The notes below the pieces were generated by a model. It was not told the origin of the DNA. It saw only the letters and a program-made list of their open reading frames with translations, and did not search any database. Shown piece after piece: positions 8,794 to 18,377 of a stretch of 64,000 nt of DNA. Numbering within the stretch: the stretch's first letter is position 1; each line of letters starts with the position of its first letter. Source of the stretch: an uncultured virus (IMG/VR IMGVR_UViG_3300001041_000018) (lineage: Duplodnaviria; Heunggongvirae; Uroviricota; Caudoviricetes); IMG/VR virus record IMGVR_UViG_3300001041_000018; one strand, written 5' to 3'. A program made the translations under genes and the position numbers.

Positions 8794-8838
8794 CATTTTT
8801 GTTTGAGCAGGACCACAATTGAATATCCAATCTTCCTG

Positions 8839-8862
8839 AAGGGCCTCTTAATCGAGGCCCTT
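8839..8862 (+). terminator. GC-rich hairpin
   Basis: AAGGGCCTC-ttaatc-GAGGCCCTT. Confidence 0.6.
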
Positions 8863-8877
8863 GCTATTCTGAGATAA

Positions 8878-8938
8878 ATTCACAAGTGCATTTTTATCTT
8901 GACTTATTGTTAGAGATGGTATATACTCACATCTGAAT
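8878..8938 (+). promoter_or_regulatory. Sigma70-like promoter TTGACT-17-TATACT flanked by two near-palindromes
   Basis: -35 at 8899-8904, -10 at 8922-8927; sites at 8878 and 8925. Confidence 0.8.
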
Positions 8939-8967
8939 TAAAAATCATTTTAAACGGGAGCAAAATT

Positions 8968-9150
8968 ATGTCGGTAAGCTACACCCTTATCGGAGCAATC
9001 ACAGCGATCATTGGCTACCACATCCACCAGAGCGTCTTCTTCACAATCATGGATTTCTTGTTCTGGGGTATCGTCTGGATCAAATGGCTGATCTTCCACG
9101 AAGTCACGCTGAGCATCATCAAGTCCGCTTTCGCGTGGTTCTTCGTCTAA
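8968..9150 (+). CDS. Small membrane protein
   Basis: Highly hydrophobic 60 aa; RBS. Confidence 0.75.
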   Translation: MSVSYTLIGAITAIIGYHIHQSVFFTIMDFLFWGIVWIKWLIFHEVTLSIIKSAFAWFFV

Positions 9151-9191
9151 CAAATTCATATCTGAATTTAAAAGGAGGTGATTTAAAAGTG

Positions 9192-9347
9192 ATGGTCAAG
9201 CATTGCATCGCTCTCGACGAGGACACTACGAAAAAACTGGATGAACTCGTTAGGCTAGGCACAGGGAAATCCAACAAATCCCTGATCCTCAGAGAGTTGA
9301 TTGACAAGGAGTACGTTTTGAGAAAAGGAGTTTTGAATGAGGCTTAA
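9192..9347 (+). CDS. Ribbon-helix-helix (CopG/Arc-like) DNA-binding protein
   Basis: AGGAGG RBS; beta-strand HCIAL then DEDTTKKLDEL...NKSLILRELID. Confidence 0.65.
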   Translation: MVKHCIALDEDTTKKLDELVRLGTGKSNKSLILRELIDKEYVLRKGVLNEA

Positions 9348-9942
9348 AATCCGGGTGGCTCACCTGGCCCAGATCGGAGTTCTGCTGGTGATTTTAACTG
9401 CAGCAGCAACGGCGGTCGCAACCAAGGCGCTCTTGGATGTTAGGAAGGTGGATCAAAAAGCCCAAGTTTTGCTTGAAGGGAGGAAGCATGAAGTTGATGC
9501 TACGACTCAAAGGCTGAAGCTTTGGTACATGGAGAAGAACGAAAGGCTTTGGTCCGAGCTTGCTGAGTACCAGGCAGCAGCTACGATCAAAGCCGCAAGA
9601 GAGCAGCATCTTGACCTGAGTTTATTAGTCGGGACAATCACTGCCGAATCTGAGGGGTACCCATTTGCAAGAAGCAGGACCGGCGCTAAAGGCTCGGGGC
9701 AAGTAGATTTCAAAGCTCATGCCGATAGGTTCCCCCTAATTACGAAGGAGTCTGAAAAGTATGATCCCGAGGTTAACATCAGGTGCTCTGCTGTACTTTT
9801 AAAAGAGTACACGATGAAGTACGGGGTCCGGAACGGCCTGCAGGTCTACAACTTAGGCACTGGGTCATTTGAGAGGGGCAGGCGGAACCCGAAGTATTCA
9901 CGAAAAGTGTTGAAATTGGCTAGGGAATATCGACATTTTTAA
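9337..9942 (+). CDS. Lytic transglycosylase (SLT domain) with N-terminal membrane anchor
   Basis: AES catalytic motif, GAKGSGQV, YNLG. Confidence 0.85.
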   Translation: MRLKIRVAHLAQIGVLLVILTAAATAVATKALLDVRKVDQKAQVLLEGRKHEVDATTQRLKLWYMEKNERLWSELAEYQAAATIKAAREQHLDLSLLVGTITAESEGYPFARSRTGAKGSGQVDFKAHADRFPLITKESEKYDPEVNIRCSAVLLKEYTMKYGVRNGLQVYNLGTGSFERGRRNPKYSRKVLKLAREYRHF

Positions 9943-9975
9943 ATGGAATTCACATCTGAATCTAGGAGGAAGTAA

Positions 9976-10260
9976 ATGCACATCGAAGTGTGGAGATTTG
10001 CAGACGAGATAAAAAAGTTGATCAAGTACGAAGACACCCACTGGGAAATCAGATTGTATGGGCCTTCGCTGGTGGAACAGGCGAAGAAGCCATTCAACAC
10101 CCAGCACCCGGTACAAATAGGCCAGCGGATTTTGATGCACCACTTCGGAGAAATCCTCGCAGCACGATTCAAGAAGTGGATTGACATGAACTACGAAATC
10201 GGCTCGGATGATCGTGAGTGGAGTTCGACGGGAGTTGTGGTAGAGGAGATGGCTGCATGA
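9976..10260 (+). CDS. Hypothetical protein
   Basis: AGGAGG RBS. Confidence 0.7.
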   Translation: MHIEVWRFADEIKKLIKYEDTHWEIRLYGPSLVEQAKKPFNTQHPVQIGQRILMHHFGEILAARFKKWIDMNYEIGSDDREWSSTGVVVEEMAA

Positions 10261-10958
10261 TCGAGCAAGTAAAACCTGAGGTGGTCCTGGTGACCTGCAC
10301 CGAGGACCGGATGGTTCCTGCTAAAGCCGCTAGACTCTGCACCTCGACCAAAACTGTGGCTGAAATCTTAGAGCCCTTTGATGGCGACGAGGCGATTATG
10401 GATCAGGTCATGGGCTACGGGCACCAGTCAATCGCGGAGCACTTCTCGGTGACCTTCGGAGTTTCTGGGATCAGCCGCGTGACTGAGACTCAGATGGTGA
10501 GGCACAAAGTTGGAACTTCATATTCAGTCAAATCCGGGAGGTACACGAAGGTCGGAGAGAATTTCAAGGTGGTGGTTCCTGAGAAGATCAAGGGGCGGCG
10601 GGTGAATATCAGGATACCATTTCCGATAAGCGTAGAGAAGATTCTGGACTACGCCCACCGCGCCTACCTCGACCTACTGGACCAAGGAGTTCCTCCCGAA
10701 GACGCCCGCTACATCCTACCACAAGCTACAGCGACCCAACTGCTGGTGACGATGAATGCAAGACAGTTGCTTCACTTCTTCGGAGAGCGCTGCTGCTCTA
10801 AAGCTCAGTGGGAGATTCGAGAGGTAGCAAATCAGATGCTTCAGATTTGCCTGGAGGTGCACCCAGTTTTATTCAAGGGTGCTGGTCCCAAATGTCTGGC
10901 GCTTGGGTTTTGCCCCGAGAAGAATTCGTGCGGGCTGCGCCCTCCCAAGCAAGCGTAG
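10257..10958 (+). CDS. thyX: FAD-dependent thymidylate synthase
   Basis: GHQSIAEH, RHK...SYSVKSGRY, EDARYILP, AQWEIR; start taken at the ATGA overlap. Confidence 0.95.
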   Translation: MIEQVKPEVVLVTCTEDRMVPAKAARLCTSTKTVAEILEPFDGDEAIMDQVMGYGHQSIAEHFSVTFGVSGISRVTETQMVRHKVGTSYSVKSGRYTKVGENFKVVVPEKIKGRRVNIRIPFPISVEKILDYAHRAYLDLLDQGVPPEDARYILPQATATQLLVTMNARQLLHFFGERCCSKAQWEIREVANQMLQICLEVHPVLFKGAGPKCLALGFCPEKNSCGLRPPKQA

Positions 10959-11001
10959 GACATTTCGAACCTCCTTGTTTTGAAAATCTGAATGAAACCA
11001 C

Positions 11002-11045
11002 TTGACACCTCCGAAGCAGATGTGTATTCTTAATCACAAATGGAT
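11002..11045 (+). promoter_or_regulatory. Sigma70-like promoter TTGACA-17-TATTCT with degenerate palindromes
   Basis: -35 at 11002-11007, TG + -10 at 11025-11030; AATCACAAATGGAT at 11032. Confidence 0.75.
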
Positions 11046-11067
11046 GGATACCAAAAGCGGAGGCGAA

Positions 11068-11418
11068 ATGACTCTCGACCCTGATCATGCGGAGCAGTTC
11101 CAGGAGTTGGTCAAGGAGAGAATCAAGGGCATTTCGCCAGCATTTGCGGCCTTATTTCTGCTAGTGGCTGAAAACGAGGGCATTACGATCTCGGAACTTA
11201 AGGACCTTTCTCGAATTGGCAGATGTACCCTGACCAAGATGCTGCGGTTATTGGGTCCTGCTTATGTAGGCCACAACGGGGCAGGAAAGGCCATAAAAAT
11301 GGGATTTGGGTTGATTCGCCTGCAGGTCAGTTTGGGGAATCGACGGGAGCGCGTAGTGGTTCTATCCGTCAAGGGTAAAAAGATTTTCAAGGAGCTGATG
11401 GCTAAAACCTCAGCCTAA
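11068..11418 (+). CDS. MarR-like winged-helix protein 1
   Basis: LFLLVAENEGITISEL...RRERVVVLSVKGKK; start moved to GGAGG+ATG 11068. Confidence 0.8.
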   Translation: MTLDPDHAEQFQELVKERIKGISPAFAALFLLVAENEGITISELKDLSRIGRCTLTKMLRLLGPAYVGHNGAGKAIKMGFGLIRLQVSLGNRRERVVVLSVKGKKIFKELMAKTSA

Positions 11419-11509
11419 AAATTTTTAAGCTAGGCAATTCACAATCGAATGCAAATTCTAATTTGAATTGCTAACTTAAAAATACCAAATAAACAAGGAG
11501 GTAAACGAA

Positions 11510-11866
11510 ATGGCTGGCTTAACTAAGGGTCTCATGAAATTCAAGAAGTCGCAGCATGTGCTGGAGCAAATTTTCGCTGAACTTCCGCTGCAGCACGTCA
11601 TGCTGCTCTTAGCGATAGCTGAGGAGGATGGGATCACCCAGCCGAAAATAGCGGATAAACTTGGGTGGCCGCAAGGCACCGTTTCTCGAAACGTGAAAAA
11701 ACTTTCGGTCTACCTGGTGGAATCCGAGACGGGAGCTAAGAGGAAAGCGGGTTACGAGTTGGTCGAACAGCGCCCCGATACCTTCGACCGGAAGGCGAAC
11801 GCGGTTTACCTGACTCCTAAAGGTAAGAAGGTTCTGAAGGAGATCTCGGACATTATTGAGGGTTGA
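11510..11866 (+). CDS. MarR-like winged-helix protein 2
   Basis: LLLAIAEEDGITQPKIADKLG...TVSRNV...DRKANAVYLTPKGK. Confidence 0.9.
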   Translation: MAGLTKGLMKFKKSQHVLEQIFAELPLQHVMLLLAIAEEDGITQPKIADKLGWPQGTVSRNVKKLSVYLVESETGAKRKAGYELVEQRPDTFDRKANAVYLTPKGKKVLKEISDIIEG

Positions 11867-11870
11867 TTGG

Positions 11871-11903
11871 AAGGGAGCGGTTCTTTGTGGGCCGCTTCCT
11901 TTT
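11871..11903 (+). terminator. Rho-independent terminator
   Basis: AAGGGAGCGGTT/GGCCGCTTCCTT stem plus T run. Confidence 0.7.
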
Positions 11904-11942
11904 GGAGTAGGAATTCAGAAGTGAATTTTAAAGGAGGAGAAA

Positions 11943-13955
11943 ATGAGCAAGCTCAACAGGTTGTTCTCGACGGTTCCACTGGAGGAAATTGAGCAGTCTG
12001 CTCAGCAGCAGATTTTTGATGTACTGGAATTGGATTGCCTGAAGAAGCTGGCGATCATGCCGGATGTCCATGCAGGTTACGACCTGCCGATTGGAGGAGT
12101 CGCTCTTTTAGAGGGGATGATCTCTCCTTCTTTCGTCGGATACGATATCGGGTGCCTTGATAAGGACACTGAGTTTTTGTCTCCTAGTGGTTGGGTTAAA
12201 ATTTCAGAATACGGGGGTGGCGAGGTACTTCAGTACAACCCGACTACCGATGAAGCATCGTTTGTAGTACCCCAGCGTTATGTGGTGCAACCATCAGAGG
12301 GCTTCTACCATCTGTGGCACAAGGATGGCATGGATCAAATGCTGTCTTCGGGTCACAAGGTGCTGTTCTGGCATGGATACAAGTCGCGGGGGTATAAGCC
12401 CAAAGTGTATGCAACTAAAGAACTAGTGGAAAAGCACAGGTCTCTAGGTAAAGGACTACAAGGCGGAATAAAAACCACGTTCAAATTAAGTAATCCTGAT
12501 TTGGATATGACTGATGCTATCCTCAGGGTAATTGTCATGGTGAGTGCGGATGGGCACATAAGAAAGCAAGGCACCACTGAACTACACTTCAGAAAAGAGA
12601 GGAAAATAATTAGAGCCCAGGAACTGCTTAACCAGGCGGGAATAAATTACGAGTTAACCGTAGGTGTGGATGGCAGCACCTACATATACTTCAGGGACTA
12701 TCGAGTCACTAAGGACCTGTCTATTTTCTGGGCAAGTAGCGAAGCGCAACTCAGAATTATTGCAGAAGAATGTTTGCATTGGGATGGTACAGTGGGTGAG
12801 CACGAAGCTTTTTCCGCTACTTGCAAGCAAAATGCGGATTTAATTCAGTATGCCTTTACGGTGGCGGGGGCCAGAACTGGCATACACTGCCACTCTTACG
12901 AGGGGAAAGATTGGAACTCAACTTGGTGGGTTTACAAAACCAAAAACGAGTATGTGGGACTAACCAAAAACGAGGCGATTAACTTCGTGTCGTCTCAAGA
13001 CGGTAAAGAATATTGCTTCACGGTTCCTTCGGGATATTTCGTAGCTAGGCGCAACAACAAGATTTTTATCACTGGAAACTGTGGAATGTGCTCGTTAGAC
13101 ACAGGCATCAAGGCTGCGAGCGTGACTACCCTCCGAGGCATCTACAACGACATCCTGAAGGTGATTCCTACGGGGTTCTCCTCACATACAAAGGACCAAG
13201 GCTACGATTGGGTGCTGTTTTCAGACGTGATGGATGTTAACACGCACCAGCGAGTCCAGGCTAAAGTTGGCACCCAACTCGGAACGCTAGGTGGCGGAAA
13301 TCATTTCATAGAGCTTGGCGAGAACCAGAAGGGCAACCTCTGCGTCACGATTCACTCGGGGTCCAGGAACGTAGGCCATACAATCGGCGGTTGGTACATG
13401 AAGAAGGGCCGGTTGTTCCCTCTGGAGTCTGAGCTTGGACAGGCTTATCTTCAGGACATGAATTTCGCTCTGGAGTGGGCACTGGAGAATCGGCTGCGGA
13501 TGATGACCCAAGTGCTACAATGCCTAGGGCTGCACCCTAACCAGTTAGCGAACCGCGTCATCAACGAGAACCACAATCACGCCGTCGTAACTCCTGAGGG
13601 CGTCCTGCACCGCAAAGGAGCGACTCCTGCGGACCTGGGGCAGCTTGGTGTGATCCCAGCCAACATGCGAGATGGCGTGTACATCACGGAAGGCTTGGGC
13701 GAGTCCTATTATCTCTCCTCGGCATCTCACGGCTGCGGTAGGGTCATGGGAAGGAACCAAGCGAAGAAGACGCTGGATTATCAGGAGTTCAAGGACGGGA
13801 TGCAAGGCATCATCTGCTCCACCAACCGCTCAATCCTGGATGAGGCGCCCGCCGCCTACAAGGACATCAATTACGTGCTGGCAAAGCAGGAGGGAGTCAC
13901 CGTGAGTGTGATCGACCACATCAGGCCGCTGCTGAATATTAAAGCGGCGGAATAA
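11943..13955 (+). CDS. rtcB: RtcB RNA 3'-phosphate/5'-OH ligase containing an intein
   Basis: MPDVHAG, VGYDIG|CGM split by an insertion, GTLGGGNHFIE, HSGSR, HNH, HRKGAT, SHGCGR, DEAPAAYK. Confidence 0.95.
   Translation: MSKLNRLFSTVPLEEIEQSAQQQIFDVLELDCLKKLAIMPDVHAGYDLPIGGVALLEGMISPSFVGYDIGCLDKDTEFLSPSGWVKISEYGGGEVLQYNPTTDEASFVVPQRYVVQPSEGFYHLWHKDGMDQMLSSGHKVLFWHGYKSRGYKPKVYATKELVEKHRSLGKGLQGGIKTTFKLSNPDLDMTDAILRVIVMVSADGHIRKQGTTELHFRKERKIIRAQELLNQAGINYELTVGVDGSTYIYFRDYRVTKDLSIFWASSEAQLRIIAEECLHWDGTVGEHEAFSATCKQNADLIQYAFTVAGARTGIHCHSYEGKDWNSTWWVYKTKNEYVGLTKNEAINFVSSQDGKEYCFTVPSGYFVARRNNKIFITGNCGMCSLDTGIKAASVTTLRGIYNDILKVIPTGFSSHTKDQGYDWVLFSDVMDVNTHQRVQAKVGTQLGTLGGGNHFIELGENQKGNLCVTIHSGSRNVGHTIGGWYMKKGRLFPLESELGQAYLQDMNFALEWALENRLRMMTQVLQCLGLHPNQLANRVINENHNHAVVTPEGVLHRKGATPADLGQLGVIPANMRDGVYITEGLGESYYLSSASHGCGRVMGRNQAKKTLDYQEFKDGMQGIICSTNRSILDEAPAAYKDINYVLAKQEGVTVSVIDHIRPLLNIKAAE
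12153..13079 (+). mobile_element. Intein (309 aa) with LAGLIDADG-type endonuclease domain
   Basis: Starts CLDKDTEF, ends YCFTVPSGYFVARRNNKIFITGN before the +1 Cys; internal VMVSADG and LHWDG motifs; visibly AT-richer codons. Confidence 0.9.
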
Positions 13956-13965
13956 GGAGGAGAAG

Positions 13966-14259
13966 ATGAGAATTTTCGCAGCAGCTTTTATAATCTGGTG
14001 CCTCGGCACTGGAGTTGCTCAGGCAGGGACTGAGGTTCGTCGAGTAGGTGACGAAAGAGGAGGCACACAAGCTACAATTTTCGTTAGGCCGTTCTGCAAA
14101 TTCGGCTTACAATTTCTGGCGGTCACTAGTAGAGTCGATAACGGTAATTACGGCTTCGAGGACAACGTGACCGGGATTCAGGTGATGCGAGAGGGACAAT
14201 CTTTAATACCGATGAAGTGTCAAGAGGATGCTGCAGAACCAGTCGTGAGGTACAAATAA
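13966..14259 (+). CDS. Secreted hypothetical protein
   Basis: Signal peptide ending AQA; RBS. Confidence 0.75.
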   Translation: MRIFAAAFIIWCLGTGVAQAGTEVRRVGDERGGTQATIFVRPFCKFGLQFLAVTSRVDNGNYGFEDNVTGIQVMREGQSLIPMKCQEDAAEPVVRYK

Positions 14260-14336
14260 GGAGCCAACAATGGCAATTAAATTTGAAAAGATCCAACCTG
14301 GATGGTGAAATACGAGATTCGAAGGGAGGAATAAAA

Positions 14337-14645
14337 ATGAAACCAGATAAAATTGGAGTCCACACAACTCACTGCTGCACCCGCCATGGCTGCAAGTACG
14401 GTGACAAGGATTGCCCGGTGGTTACAGGCCAGGTGAAGCAGGAATACCTCTGCGAGGAATGTGGGGATGTCCCGCTGCTCCGCGATCAGGAGTACGTCTA
14501 CCTCCGCTGCACCAGATGTGGTGAAAGGATTAAGCTTGGGAGGAACGCAGGAGGAGGCTGGTGGGGTGGGTTTCCAGGAATGACGGACTTCCTACTGGAG
14601 CACTCTGGCTGCGGGACTCAAGACATCAAGTTGGAATGGGAGTAG
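14337..14645 (+). CDS. Cys/His-rich hypothetical protein
   Basis: GGAGG RBS; HCCTRHGCKYGD...C. Confidence 0.75.
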   Translation: MKPDKIGVHTTHCCTRHGCKYGDKDCPVVTGQVKQEYLCEECGDVPLLRDQEYVYLRCTRCGERIKLGRNAGGGWWGGFPGMTDFLLEHSGCGTQDIKLEWE

Positions 14646-14648
14646 GCG

Positions 14649-14792
14649 ATGTTTCTGTTGAACACCAAAATAGTTGAAGCTTTTAACCGAGCAGATTTGT
14701 TGATGGCAATGAACTCAGGCGAGTTCTGGCGTTACCTAGAACTCAAAAAGGACATCCTCAAGGACGACTTCAGGGAAGACCTTTTACTTTAA
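14649..14792 (+). CDS. Hypothetical protein (47 aa)
   Basis: Translated by hand; fills gap. Confidence 0.5.
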   Translation: MFLLNTKIVEAFNRADLLMAMNSGEFWRYLELKKDILKDDFREDLLL

Positions 14793-14825
14793 CAAATTCA
14801 CATCTGAATAGAAATGGAGGTTTGA

Positions 14826-15077
14826 ATGCCGGTTTATTTAATTTGCTTGCTAATAATCATCGGGATGATTCCGGTCGGGCTGCTGCTCCGCTATGCAGCG
14901 GAAAAGACACTCGGGCGCGGGTTTAACTGGGTGCAAGAAGGCAAGGAGGCGATGGTCCTAGTCGGGAAGAAAAATGTTTTTCTATGGCTGCTTCTGGCTC
15001 TTGAGGGCATCATCTCAAACTTTGCGCTCCTGGGTTTCATCGTAGGAATCCCGCTTTATTTTTGGAAGGGGATCTGA
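14826..15077 (+). CDS. Two-TM membrane protein
   Basis: Two hydrophobic segments; RBS. Confidence 0.7.
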   Translation: MPVYLICLLIIIGMIPVGLLLRYAAEKTLGRGFNWVQEGKEAMVLVGKKNVFLWLLLALEGIISNFALLGFIVGIPLYFWKGI

Positions 15078-15079
15078 TT

Positions 15080-15472
15080 GTGACCAAAACAAGCAGAACC
15101 ATCTTCCCTCTCTGTGGGATCACCTACGCCGACTGTGTGAGTGTGGCTGGGGTGAACCAGAGGGAAGCGGCTAGGAAACTAGGGATTGCCGAGGACCATT
15201 TTCGTAGGGTAATCAATATGTTAGGTATGGGGCACTGGTACCCAGATGTCAGACCCCGCCCAAGGTGTGTTTCCAAAGAGGATGTTATTCAGGTGGCTTC
15301 TGAGAAATTCACTAGAAGGGACGCTGCTCATATTTTAGGAATCAGTTACGGTTATTTGCGAGACCTGATCCAAGAATGGGATTTGGGTGGGCATTTCATC
15401 AGTGGGAACGAAGCTAGAAGCGTGGCCCGGAAAGGCTACTGCAGCCACAACTTGGTTCAATCAATGAGGTAA
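15080..15472 (+). CDS. Tandem helix-turn-helix protein
   Basis: NQREAARKLGI and TRRDAAHILGIS. Confidence 0.7.
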   Translation: MTKTSRTIFPLCGITYADCVSVAGVNQREAARKLGIAEDHFRRVINMLGMGHWYPDVRPRPRCVSKEDVIQVASEKFTRRDAAHILGISYGYLRDLIQEWDLGGHFISGNEARSVARKGYCSHNLVQSMR

Positions 15473-15510
15473 ACCAAAGCCCTACCAGGGCTAAATCAAA
15501 GGAGAGTAAA

Positions 15511-16323
15511 ATGAGAAAATTGTTTTTCGCAGTCGCAGCACTTCTGATCTTCAGCACGTCGGCTTACGCTGAAGCCACCTTCGACCAGATCCAAGGGCTC
15601 ATCAAGAAACAAGACTACGCCGCTGCAGTCCAAGGTCTGACTGTCATCATCCAGAACCATCCGAAGTCGGCTAAGGCCTACTACGCGATGGCTCAGGCGC
15701 AGGCAGGCGCCGGGAATCAGGACAAGGCAAGTCTCGCACTGGATATGGCGAAGGGCCTCGATCCGAGCCTCAGCTTCGCGTCATCAGGCAACGTCGAGAA
15801 CCTCCAAGAGGCCCTCCTGCCCCAAACCAAGAAGATCGAGGCAATCGAGGGCCACTTCCTCAGGAACTTCCTGATCTTCCTGCTTATTGCTGGTGGAGGT
15901 GTCGGAGCGTTCTTCTACTTCAGGAGGAAGAAAGCGTCAGTGCAGCGCCCTCTTGCCGCTCCTGTGGCCCGCGAGTATCGACCGGCGTACCAACCGAGGG
16001 CTGCTTACGTCCCTTCTGTTTCTACTCCTGCCCCTGTCGCGGGTTACGTAGCTCCTAGCCACACCACCGTAGTGAACAACGGCGGTAGTCACGATCTTTT
16101 GACTGGAGTGGTGCTCGGCTCGATGCTGTCCAACTCCCATGACCACGCTCACAAGGTGGTCGAAGAGAAGCACATCGTTCAAGAGAGGGTCGTTGAGCGT
16201 GAACCGGAGGTCTCTTCTTGGGAGGATAAATCTTCTGCGGCTAAATCTTCGTGGGAAGACAGCGCTCCTTCGGTTTCCAGCTCCCCTTCTGACTCTGGCT
16301 CCAGCAGCTCGTCGTGGGATTAG
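15511..16323 (+). CDS. Exported TPR protein with TM segment and low-complexity tail
   Basis: Signal peptide, HPKSAKAYYAMAQA TPR, TM helix, Ser-rich tail. Confidence 0.85.
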   Translation: MRKLFFAVAALLIFSTSAYAEATFDQIQGLIKKQDYAAAVQGLTVIIQNHPKSAKAYYAMAQAQAGAGNQDKASLALDMAKGLDPSLSFASSGNVENLQEALLPQTKKIEAIEGHFLRNFLIFLLIAGGGVGAFFYFRRKKASVQRPLAAPVAREYRPAYQPRAAYVPSVSTPAPVAGYVAPSHTTVVNNGGSHDLLTGVVLGSMLSNSHDHAHKVVEEKHIVQERVVEREPEVSSWEDKSSAAKSSWEDSAPSVSSSPSDSGSSSSSWD

Positions 16324-16425
16324 ACATATGGAAAGCGTGGTCGCTTGTATATTGGCCCTGGGGCTCCTGATTGGTGGCTTCGCCGGATATCAGGTTGGAA
16401 AATTTAGGTTTAAGGGGAAGTAGAA

Positions 16426-17028
16426 ATGAAACCTACAAGTTTTAAAGGACAGAACATAATTTTAGGCAAGGATCAGCCCGAGTACCTGGATCTGCCTGCG
16501 CTCAGGTGCGACGATGAAGCAGGAACAACTTGGTCGTGCTGGGAATTGGACGACGCTGATCTTGCGGACATGATCAAGCACCGGAAGATCTGGGTTGGGC
16601 AGCTTACTTTCGGGCGCCCGTTTTCTCCTCAGATGATCACCACGTCGATGCCGCTTGAGGTCTCGGTCGCTGCTTACAAGGAAAGGGAGGAGCCACACGT
16701 CTTGTTGTTTGACTGCCCAGTAGATTGTGTTGGATCGGGGTACGGCCAGGATGGTCACACATACTACGGCGTTCTTCGCTACGCGGAAGGGAGTTGGATA
16801 CCTGCAGATGGAAAACCTGACCTTGCGTTTGTGGGGTTCACTATTGGAGGGGCTCCTGTTTTCTACGGAGTGGATATCCAGGGCGAAGTTGCGAGCAACC
16901 ACCCCAATCGAGTCGCATACAATTCTGCGGCGTCTGTATGCTCCGCTAGAAGCGGATGCGGTACAGGCAGGGTCGTGGCACGTGAAGTAGCAAAGGCCGA
17001 AAAAATCTCCAAAGTGACCACCTACTAA
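16426..17028 (+). CDS. Hypothetical protein
   Basis: KDQPEYLDLPA...SCWEL N-terminal pattern of a small conserved family. Confidence 0.75.
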   Translation: MKPTSFKGQNIILGKDQPEYLDLPALRCDDEAGTTWSCWELDDADLADMIKHRKIWVGQLTFGRPFSPQMITTSMPLEVSVAAYKEREEPHVLLFDCPVDCVGSGYGQDGHTYYGVLRYAEGSWIPADGKPDLAFVGFTIGGAPVFYGVDIQGEVASNHPNRVAYNSAASVCSARSGCGTGRVVAREVAKAEKISKVTTY

Positions 17029-18377
17029 TGCCCATCCTGATAAGAAATTTGGCCCGAGTTGAACTTCAGGATTTTCACAAGCTAGAAGTCCTGAAAATGT
17101 ACAGTCATGAAAATCGAAACGGGGAGGTGATCCAAAATTATATTTATCGGGATGGAGTTGCTTACCTCCCGTTGAATGCTACCAAGCTTGGGCTTGTGTC
17201 GGTATTGACTGGGCAGGAACTGGTGGATGAGCGAAGTAAAGGGGGCGGGCTGAAGGAACCTTTTTGTTTGAATCCTGCGTTCAAATTCCGCGAGCACCAG
17301 GTTGAGGCAGCGCCCAAACTTCTGTCCTTCACTCAGAAGAACCAGTACTCGCTTTTGAGAGCTGCCTGCTCGACCGGAAAAACAGTAGTAATGACGTGGG
17401 TTTCCGGGCGTCTAGGGAAAAGGGTTCTGGTCCTGGTGGACCAAGGCAATCTAGCGGATCAGTGGAAGGAGGCCTTCGAGTTGGTCTGGGGTAGGGAGGC
17501 GACGATCCTCAGGAAGGAGGAAGATCTCGGCGCAGACGTGCTGATTTGCACCTTCCAGCTTTTAAATAAGCACAAGGACTGGCTCCCGAAAATCAAGGAC
17601 GCCTTTGGCACCTGCCTACTCGACGAGTTCCACGGAGACGCAGCCAAGACATACCGCATGATCCTCTTCGGACTGAATAACTTCTACCGCATCGGGACCA
17701 CAGCTACCTTGATGCGAAAGGGGTTTTCTGAGGAGGTGCTGACGGACCTCGTAGCGGATGTCTCGGTGGAGATGGTGGACCAGAAGGCGTTGATCCCGGA
17801 GATCCGGTTCATCCCGACTGATGTTGGCTGGTGCTCGAATAACCCCGACGACTTCTCCAAGATCTTGACGGAGCTTTCTCAGAACGACAAGCGGAACGAG
17901 CGGATTATCAACCTGATCCGGGAGCAGGTTAGTTTGGGAAGGAAGGTCCTTTTCGTTGGGGCGCGAACCGAGTCTCTGGCGTACCTCCACAGCAAAGCCA
18001 GCGAGTTCTGCTCAGCCGTCTTGTACGTAGGCTCGACTACGCAGAAGCAGGATCTTGCGTTGAGGGAAGGGCTGGCTTCGGGAGTCACCCAGGTCATCTT
18101 CGCAGATAAGAAGATAGAAAAAGGTGTTGATTTACCTGCACTTAACGTTCTTATTTTAGCAAAGCCAGTCAACAATGAAGCGGCTGTCACCCAGTTGGTT
18201 GGCCGCATAGTTAGACCGCTGGAAGGCAAACCAACCCCAATTGTCTACGATCTCTACGACCGAGGCAGTTTATCCTGGAGGTTCGCAGGCAATCGGCTGA
18301 GGCGGTACCGAGGACTTGGATACAAAATTATTGGCAACCCTGATTTTTCTCTTGACACGCCGTTTGGCTCGTGCTAA
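17028..18377 (+). CDS. Superfamily 2 helicase (T5 D10/UvsW-like)
   Basis: STGKT, DEFH, TAT, KGVDLP, QLVGRIVR. Confidence 0.92.
   Translation: MPILIRNLARVELQDFHKLEVLKMYSHENRNGEVIQNYIYRDGVAYLPLNATKLGLVSVLTGQELVDERSKGGGLKEPFCLNPAFKFREHQVEAAPKLLSFTQKNQYSLLRAACSTGKTVVMTWVSGRLGKRVLVLVDQGNLADQWKEAFELVWGREATILRKEEDLGADVLICTFQLLNKHKDWLPKIKDAFGTCLLDEFHGDAAKTYRMILFGLNNFYRIGTTATLMRKGFSEEVLTDLVADVSVEMVDQKALIPEIRFIPTDVGWCSNNPDDFSKILTELSQNDKRNERIINLIREQVSLGRKVLFVGARTESLAYLHSKASEFCSAVLYVGSTTQKQDLALREGLASGVTQVIFADKKIEKGVDLPALNVLILAKPVNNEAAVTQLVGRIVRPLEGKPTPIVYDLYDRGSLSWRFAGNRLRRYRGLGYKIIGNPDFSLDTPFGSC

Noticed and set aside
14270..14308. 12-codon ORF with RBS (MAIKFEKIQPGW)
   Set aside because: Probably a gene remnant; too short to support a call
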